Below, one piece after another: positions 56,295-64,000 of a stretch of 64,000 nt of DNA; position 1 is the stretch's first letter; each line of letters starts with the position of its first letter. Both the position numbers and the translations under genes were made by a program. The notes beneath the pieces were generated by a model that saw nothing but the letters and a program-made list of their open reading frames with translations, ran no database searches and was not told the DNA's origin. The stretch spans positions 2,480,001-2,544,000 of the forward strand of contig NC_043017.1 of the NCBI RefSeq assembly GCF_006345805.1, in the 5' to 3' direction. The stretch comes from Octopus sinensis (Eukaryota).

Positions 56295-56603
56295 GCACCT
56301 TGGGCAAGTGTCTTCTACTATAGCCCCGAGCCGATCAAAGCCTTGTGAGTGGATTTGGTAGACGTAAACTGAAAGAAGCCCGTCGTATATATGTATATAC
56401 ATATATATGTGTATGTTTGTGTGTTGTGTTTATCCTCCCAACATCGCTTGACAAGCGATGCCGGTGTGTAACTTAGCGGTTCGGCAAAATAGATCGATAA
56501 AATAAGTACTAGGCTTACAAAGAATAAGTCCTGGGGTCGATTTGCTCGACTAAAGGCGGTGCTCCAGCATGGCACAGTCAAATGACTGAAACAAGTAAAT
56601 GAG

Positions 56604-56606
<3 letters not shown>
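56295..56606 (+). mobile_element. SINE family A, 5'-truncated
   Basis: Body and tail near consensus; tRNA head absent. Confidence 0.8.
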
Positions 56607-56662
<56 letters not shown>

Positions 56663-56899
56663 GCACAAATATGTATATCTATATACATAGATACATACAT
56701 ACACACACACACACACATGTATATATGCATGCATTTGTGTATTGCTTGTGATTTTATCTTCGGGCGCAGATCCATGATCCCTCGAGACCGACGGATGCCT
56801 ACTAAAACAAAAAGAAACAAACTCTTTTTCAAGAACTACAGCGACTTCGAAGTGTCGCCTCATTAGCCGAGTGTGTGTGTGTGTGTGTGTTTTACTCTG

Positions 56900-58150
56900 T
56901 ATGAAGGAAAAGTCGGTGCCCAAGACCGTTGACCCTTACAAGTTCTCCGAGATTGCTGAGAATGTTCCTGTTAATATTTCTTTTAAACTGTTACTGATTT
57001 GTGAAGGTGGGTAATCTGGGAACGAAAGATTGGACTTAGAGGATGCTGAGGCGAGGAAGTGGTTGCCTACCCCAAGGTTTCTGCAAGGGGTAGAAGTGAA
57101 GGACGGGAATCCGAGAGGTAAAAGTGCGAAGTCAACCACCTCCGAAAGCAACAAAAGAAAAGACAGCGAAAGAAACACAAATAGGCACGAAGGCCAGAGG
57201 CTAGAGCGTTTCGGTAGTAAGAGAGATCTAATCAGCTGCGTGGACCCTCCCTCTATACGATCCAGGGTATCAGTGGGAATAACAGTGACATCATCCTGAA
57301 TGTGAATGCAATGGTCCCCTAATGGCCTTACTTGAACCTTTCAGAGTGTTAACAGCTATTAAGGGCTGTAATGTCTTCTGGCCCTAAAGAAAAGGCCTTT
57401 TGACATGGAATGTGGCCGGAGGAATGCAAATGATGTGACCTCCTTTATTGTCATCTGAAGAGATCCCGACGGACACATATACAATTTATTACATCCGTCT
57501 AAGTGCGATAAAATAAGTACCAGCCATGCGTACCAAGGACAATTTTAATGATTTTGTCTTTTCTTTTAGAGACATGTGACCTGATGCCAATGTAGAAAAC
57601 AATACCTGAATAAACTCACACCCACCAATATAGCAAAAGTTCCAAGAGTGACACATTATCTACCGTCTCACTAATTCTCCACAGTCACCCAAAGGATGGG
57701 CCTTATTTGGGCACTGCTTGTACTTAGAAGGAGTAAGGTACATTAGTGTCTTCGTGATACAAGTAGCACTTGAGATATTTTGCTGTTAGAAGAGACAAGC
57801 GTAAAAAGAGAGGATACTTTCAAAGTCTCCGTTCATGCAATTAATACAGACTTGGAGCGTGACGATTAGTTCGGATGTGGATGTTACATGGTGAAGTAAA
57901 CTGAAAGGGAACCAAAGATCGCGTTATTTGCATTTGAAAGGGTTTTGTTGCATGTAGAGGTATTTAAATCATTTGCGTAGAGCAAAAAGAAAGGTGGGAG
58001 AATAAAGTTATAACAACGACAACCAGCTTCATCACAGTAAAAGTGAGTGATCATTATGACCACTGGTTCTCCTTATAGTTAGGGGATATGAAGGTGGAAA
58101 AGGAAAAGACAAAGTGACCCGTTGTAAAAGCTTGTAAAAGATGTATTTAG
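56900..58150 (-). mobile_element. Probable decayed LINE ORF1/gag-like remnant
   Basis: High-complexity block between SINEs; minus strand has Cys/His-spaced remnants (C.TLGTF..., RYCFLHWHQVTC) resembling zinc knuckles; no intact frame. Confidence 0.25.
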
Positions 58151-58379
58151 GGATTGTTTAAAACTTAACCTACAGCATTCCGAGGAAAAACGAATTAGGA
58201 GGAAACGATATCCGTTTTCTCTGCTCGGTAATTAACATGTGGAGGGTGAAATGTCAGTTTCATTTAATTATTAATTTATATAATCAGATGTATGTATACA
58301 CATACACACACCCAAGACAGCTTCATAGACTGATAGATATCCTTGTAAAAGTATAGATAAGTATGGTTTTATGTGCGTA

Positions 58380-58442
<63 letters not shown>

Positions 58443-58443
<1 letters not shown>

Positions 58444-58601
58444 GCATGGCTGTGTAGTAATAGGCTGCTTCCCAATCTCATGGTTCCGAGTTCAGTCCTA
58501 CTACGTGGCATCTTGTGTGACTGTCTTCAACAATAGTGTCAAGTCGACCAAAGCCTTGTGAGTAAATATATACAGACACACATGCACACGCAAATATATA
58601 T

Positions 58602-58633
<32 letters not shown>

Positions 58634-58810
58634 GTATGTATATATATATTTGCGTGTGCATGTGTGTCTATGTATATATTTGTGTGTTTGTCCGCCCACA
58701 CTATCGCTTGACAACCGATGTGCTGTGTGTTTATGTTCCGTAACTTTGTGTGTTCGGCAAAAGGACCGCTAGAATAAGTACAAGACTTGCAAAGAATAAG
58801 TCCCTGAGGG
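58443..58810 (+). mobile_element. SINE family A, diverged
   Basis: Degenerate head and tail. Confidence 0.6.
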
Positions 58811-58826
58811 CGATTTCTTATATGCA

Positions 58827-58888
<62 letters not shown>

Positions 58889-59841
58889 TATATGTACATT
58901 ATATATATACACACACATATGTATGTATATATGTATGCGTGTATGAACGAATGAATAAGATCGGTGACAATTTCCGAAAATACGGGTTGCACTGTTCGCT
59001 CAAATAAACGACCAGTTCAGTCACTCTCTGTACGCGTAGCCGGGACTTTCTGAGACACGTGTAAATCTAAAACGGAATCATCACAGCTACAGCGTGACAG
59101 TGGGAAGGGGGGAAGCAGAGACATGTTAATCGATTCCATGCAACAGGACAAGAAAGAAAGAAAGAAATATACATACATATACATACATACATACATACAT
59201 ACATACATACATACATACATACATACATACATACATACATACATACATACATACATACATGCATACATACATGCATACATACATACATAACCGATTATAG
59301 TACTTTTCATCATATTTCTAGAAACCGATATACAGAGATATGTTTACTGTAAATTTGAAATATATATCATATATATATATATATATATGTCTGTCTATAT
59401 GCATATATGTGTACATGTGTTTGCATATATATATGTATGTATATATATACACATAAATGCACACATATATATATATATTATATATAATATATATATATAT
59501 ATATTCATATATGTACATTCTAACATACAAATTACACATATTTACCTATATGTAAAAATATACATATTAATTCGCATCACTCTCCCCCTTTCTCTCTCTC
59601 TCACACACACACACGCAAACTTACAGGTTGACAGATTCTAATAATTGTGTTTGAATACGATAATATAGATGTAGAAGGAATTTATACAGTTGTGCAATTA
59701 TATTATTTCACACACACACAATTATATATATATTAGATATTTTGCACATACATAACTGTAATATGACTGGCTATATTATACTAACTTTTGTATGAATACA
59801 TACAAGCGCGCGAGCAAACAAACACACACACACACACACAC

Positions 59842-59889
<48 letters not shown>

Positions 59890-60035
59890 TTCATTACGCT
59901 GATAAATATATAACAGCATAATCTTGAAATATATACAGTATATAGAATTATGCATGTGTTATTGTATACATAGATAATTACCATTCTACAAACCCGCCTA
60001 CATCAAAAGAAACAAATAAGAACGATGTATATAAA

Positions 60036-60076
<41 letters not shown>

Positions 60077-60278
60077 CAACATACAACAAAACATACAATT
60101 CTATATATATACATACATAAATACATACAAACATGCGTACATCGATACATACAAAATTACCCTGTTGTTGATGTTGAAATTGCAATGAAGGAACTTTGGA
60201 TCTAGGTTAGAAACCGATGCCTCGTCTATTGGCATGAAGTCTTAAAATAAATCTAAATAATAACATGCATACATTGAT

Positions 60279-60790
60279 GCGCAGGAGTGACTGTGTGGTA
60301 AGTAGCTTGCTTACCAACCACATGGTCATGGGTTCAGTCCCACTGTATGGCACCTTGGGCAAGTGTCTTCTATAGCTTCAGGCCGACCAAAGGCTTGTGA
60401 GTGGATTGGTAGCCGGAAACTGCTATATATATACAAAATGGGACAAGAACGCAAGACATCCAGACAGTTAGGTGATACAACAAAGGGACAACAAAACATC
60501 CACACAGACGATACAAAGAAAACAAGGACGGGTCATTTGGAGCTTTATATCCTCAGTCGAGTTCCAGATTATCTTTGCAATTTCGGCTATGTATGTATGT
60601 GTGTGTATATATATGCTTGTGTGTCTGTGTTTGTCCCAGCCACCATCACTTGACATCCGAGGTTGGTGTGTTTACGTCCCCGTAACTTAGCGGTTCGGCA
60701 AGAGGCTAGACATATAAAGAATAAGTCGTGGGGTCGATTTGCTCGACTAAAGGCGGTGTTCCAGCATGGCCGCAGTCAAATGAATAAAAG
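60279..60790 (+). mobile_element. SINE family A interrupted by a Penelope-like insert (about 60421-60590)
   Basis: Head 60279-60420, tail 60610-60790, unrelated insert between. Confidence 0.7.
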
Positions 60791-61199
60791 AATACATACA
60801 TACACAAAAAATTGTTTGGGGATTTTTAACAAGTGTTTGGGGCTCAATTTGTGGAGGGGAGATAAGATTTCGGTTCTAATATTCGTTTGAAGCTTATATT
60901 AGCTTCTGCTATCTGACATCATTCATGGATCAATCTAAACTTCCCAAAAGTCGACTGGTGATATTACCTTCTTTATATTTATATATATATATATATATAT
61001 ATATGTTTTGCTAGTAGTGGCCGAATATAATATGATATTTGATACCAACTTGTTTGAACTCACGCCGTTTAAGCCTTTGTACAGTGCAGGAATTTAGTCA
61101 AATTCTACTCTGCAACGAGTTTGGAACCAATACATCCAGAAATTCGTTCAAGCCCATAAACACAGACTCGTTTCATACATACAGTCATACATAGGCCGT

Positions 61200-61347
61200 C
61201 ATACCTCTCAACTACATTTAGGATATTCTATCGTGATAGCCGTATTAACTTTCGTTGCCCGATGTGATAAGTTTCATGTGAATACTAAGGCAATTAATCA
61301 GTCAACTGGATTTTGCACTATGGAAAAACGACGGGACGCGAAGATAT

Positions 61348-61390
<43 letters not shown>

Positions 61391-62030
61391 TGCACACACA
61401 CACACTCTCCCTCTCTCATACACACACACACACGTATAGGGTTCTACAGAAAATAATTCTACTGCTTTGATTCTGTTTTAATAGTTATAGGCCGTTCAAA
61501 TTGCACATGCTGTTAATCTAACTATATCTCTGTTCTAACTTTCTTTCTGCTCTTTTCCATTGCAGGCAAATTACAAGTTTCAAGAAGAAGAAACATGCTA
61601 GCATTGAGCTCTCGAGGAAGAATGGGTGAAGACGAGACAGTCTGCGAACTTGATGCGATCAAAGGTGGATACCTCACCAATAGGCATCTGATTGGAAAGA
61701 GGAACAAGTGAAAGTCTTCTCCGATGTGCTTGGAAGTATGTGTAGCCAATGATGTCCCTTTTCTTTACGACTGGGTGACACGGTATGAAAACTATGCGCA
61801 TCTTGATGGTCGGGAAATGAGGCCTCATTCGATGGAAAGTTGTCACCCTACGTTCGAAGGTCAAAGAAGTTTCAGAGAAAGCAATTGGAACAGAGTCGTG
61901 GAGACTGTTTCTTAAGATGACAAAGGCGTCGTTCTTCTCTATTTTCTGCATAGGAGCTCTGCTGGGAACAGGAAGCATTATATAAAAGCAAGCGGAAAGC
62001 ATGGAGAAGCTGTTAAGCACAAGAGATTAA
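61200..62030 (+). mobile_element. Decayed mariner (Tc1/mariner) transposase
   Basis: Plus-strand frames give RWIPHQ (WVPHEL motif), FLYDWVT (FL..IVTGDE), PHSMESCHPT (QSMEW.HP) and VVETVS.DDKGVVLLYFL...AVKHKR (TVFWD..GV.L.DFL...AIK.KR) in correct order, with stops and frameshifts; 5' part interrupted by (CA)n. Confidence 0.75.
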
Positions 62031-62094
62031 ACAGGAACCCGAAACGAATCCACATTCATCGTGACAATCCACGGACACAAACTAATTTCGCGAA

Positions 62095-62330
62095 AGGCGG
62101 CGAGCTGGTAGAAACGTTAGAACGCCGGGCGAAATGCTTTGCAGCATTTCATCTGCCGTTACGTTCTGAGTTCCAATTCCGCCGAGGTCGACTTTGCCTT
62201 TCATCCTTTCGGGGTCGGTAAATTAAGTACCAGTTACGCACTGGGATCGATTTAATCGACTTAATCCCTTTGTGTATCCTTGTTTGTCGACTCTATGTTT
62301 AGCCCCTTGTGGGCAATGAAGAAATAACTA
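62095..62330 (+). mobile_element. SINE family B
   Basis: Near-consensus copy. Confidence 0.85.
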
Positions 62331-62727
62331 ACTAATTTCGCGACATATAAGGCAATCGGATAAATCACCAAATCAGAGGTCCGCCATCCAATGCAAGAAC
62401 TAGATATGGCAAACTCAAGATTCCATCTGTTCCGTTCATTGATGAGGATTCTTTGGAGATAAATATTGCAAATGAGAAATACTGTAAGAAAAATATGGGC
62501 TACTTTGCGACGTTTACCATCCACAATTCTTGAGTTGGGATCAACGATTATGAAAATTAAATATGATAGACACTTTGATGTTCAAAGGAAGACACTCCCC
62601 TGCTTTTGTCGAAAACTGTATAACTTGAACAAAATATGTTACATACAAAAACTTAAGGTGCCGTCTGCAATAATACATATATATGAATACAGCAACATAT
62701 GAACAGGTATTTACAATATACATGTGA

Positions 62728-62797
<70 letters not shown>

Positions 62798-63396
62798 CAT
62801 ACATACACACACACACACACATGTACATAGATATATATATATACACACACACACACACATTTACACATCAATATGTAAATATCCATCCATATATGTAAAC
62901 ACATATACACTATATATAAGTATGTATATATATATATATATATATATACATACACCATAGATACATGTATATATATTATAAATCCATGTCCATATATACG
63001 AATATATTTATGAATATAAGCTTATACATCATAAATAGGTACAAGCGCACATTTATGCATATCTACAATACAATTATATGTATACACATAATACCAGTGT
63101 AAATGTGCACATATACACGGATATATGTATATTTGTAAATGTATACAAGGAAACAGGTATATATATAAACTGCTAATAGTGTTACATATGTATATGCTCA
63201 TACATATATACCCTTGCACAAATATTCACATATATACCCTTACTCATATATATTCAATTATACACTTACAGATATATATACATTTATACCCTTACGAATA
63301 TACATATATATATATATATATAATAGATAGATAGACAATATCCATATATATATATATAGAGAGAGAGATAGATTGATAGACAATATCCATATATAT

Positions 63397-63427
<31 letters not shown>

Positions 63428-63448
63428 GATAGACAATATATATATGTG

Positions 63449-63510
<62 letters not shown>

Positions 63511-64000
63511 TATCCATAGGTATCTATATATTCGGATATGTATACGTGTAAGTATATATATATATATATATCACAATCATATCACAATGTGATGTTGAAC
63601 TTATAAATGGTCTATGACTATTTAATTTTTTTCCCACTAGGCGCTGGTGGCAAAAGAATTCTACAAAATTTTTTGCCACCCTATATTGATTAATAATATA
63701 TAATATATATTATATATATATATTATATATATATATATATAGATATAGATATATATATATATATATATTTATAGTTGAGTGCATGAATATTTTTATATAC
63801 GGTATGTGTGGAAATATGTTTACATAAATATACATTAAATACATTGTATGTATGTATATATATATATATAATCAATAATAATAATAAAGGTTAAAAATTA
63901 ATTAATAATTTTACCAAATAGTTTGGTATGTTAAAGAACCATTATCGGTAAACTTATACAAAAATGCTATATGCTTATAAATTCTATATGTTTATAATTA

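Noticed and set aside
61598-62020. 140-aa minus-strand ORF with protein-like composition
   Set aside because: It is the antisense shadow of the decayed plus-strand mariner transposase.

Overview
AT-rich, microsatellite-saturated animal genomic DNA with one 100-N scaffold gap (623-722). The SINE families and (TA/CA/GATA)n load look like an octopus genome; that is an inference and no database search was run. Only one protein-coding exon is recognisable: the first LIM domain of an LMO4 orthologue on the minus strand (exon 13121-13412, ATG at 13392, canonical AG/GT boundaries). The second-LIM exon was not found in the 13 kb downstream. A possible upstream exon (donor at 30991) and a promoter-like region (~31990-32340) lie 18-19 kb upstream. 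The rest is intron or intergenic DNA holding about 40 copies of four tRNA-derived SINE families, decayed LINEs (CR1-like, RTE-like), a decayed mariner transposase, several MITEs and large tandem arrays. Nearly all ORFs in the supplied track are translations of simple repeats or SINEs. The most interesting unexplained signal is a set of short hammerhead-ribozyme-like motifs of the Penelope/retrozyme type, mostly on the LMO4 (minus) strand. Two carry a non-canonical CCGA core, and the best one (24635-24684) is flanked by its own antisense copy. No new protein-coding system is supported. Repeat coordinates are approximate (about +/-10 nt).
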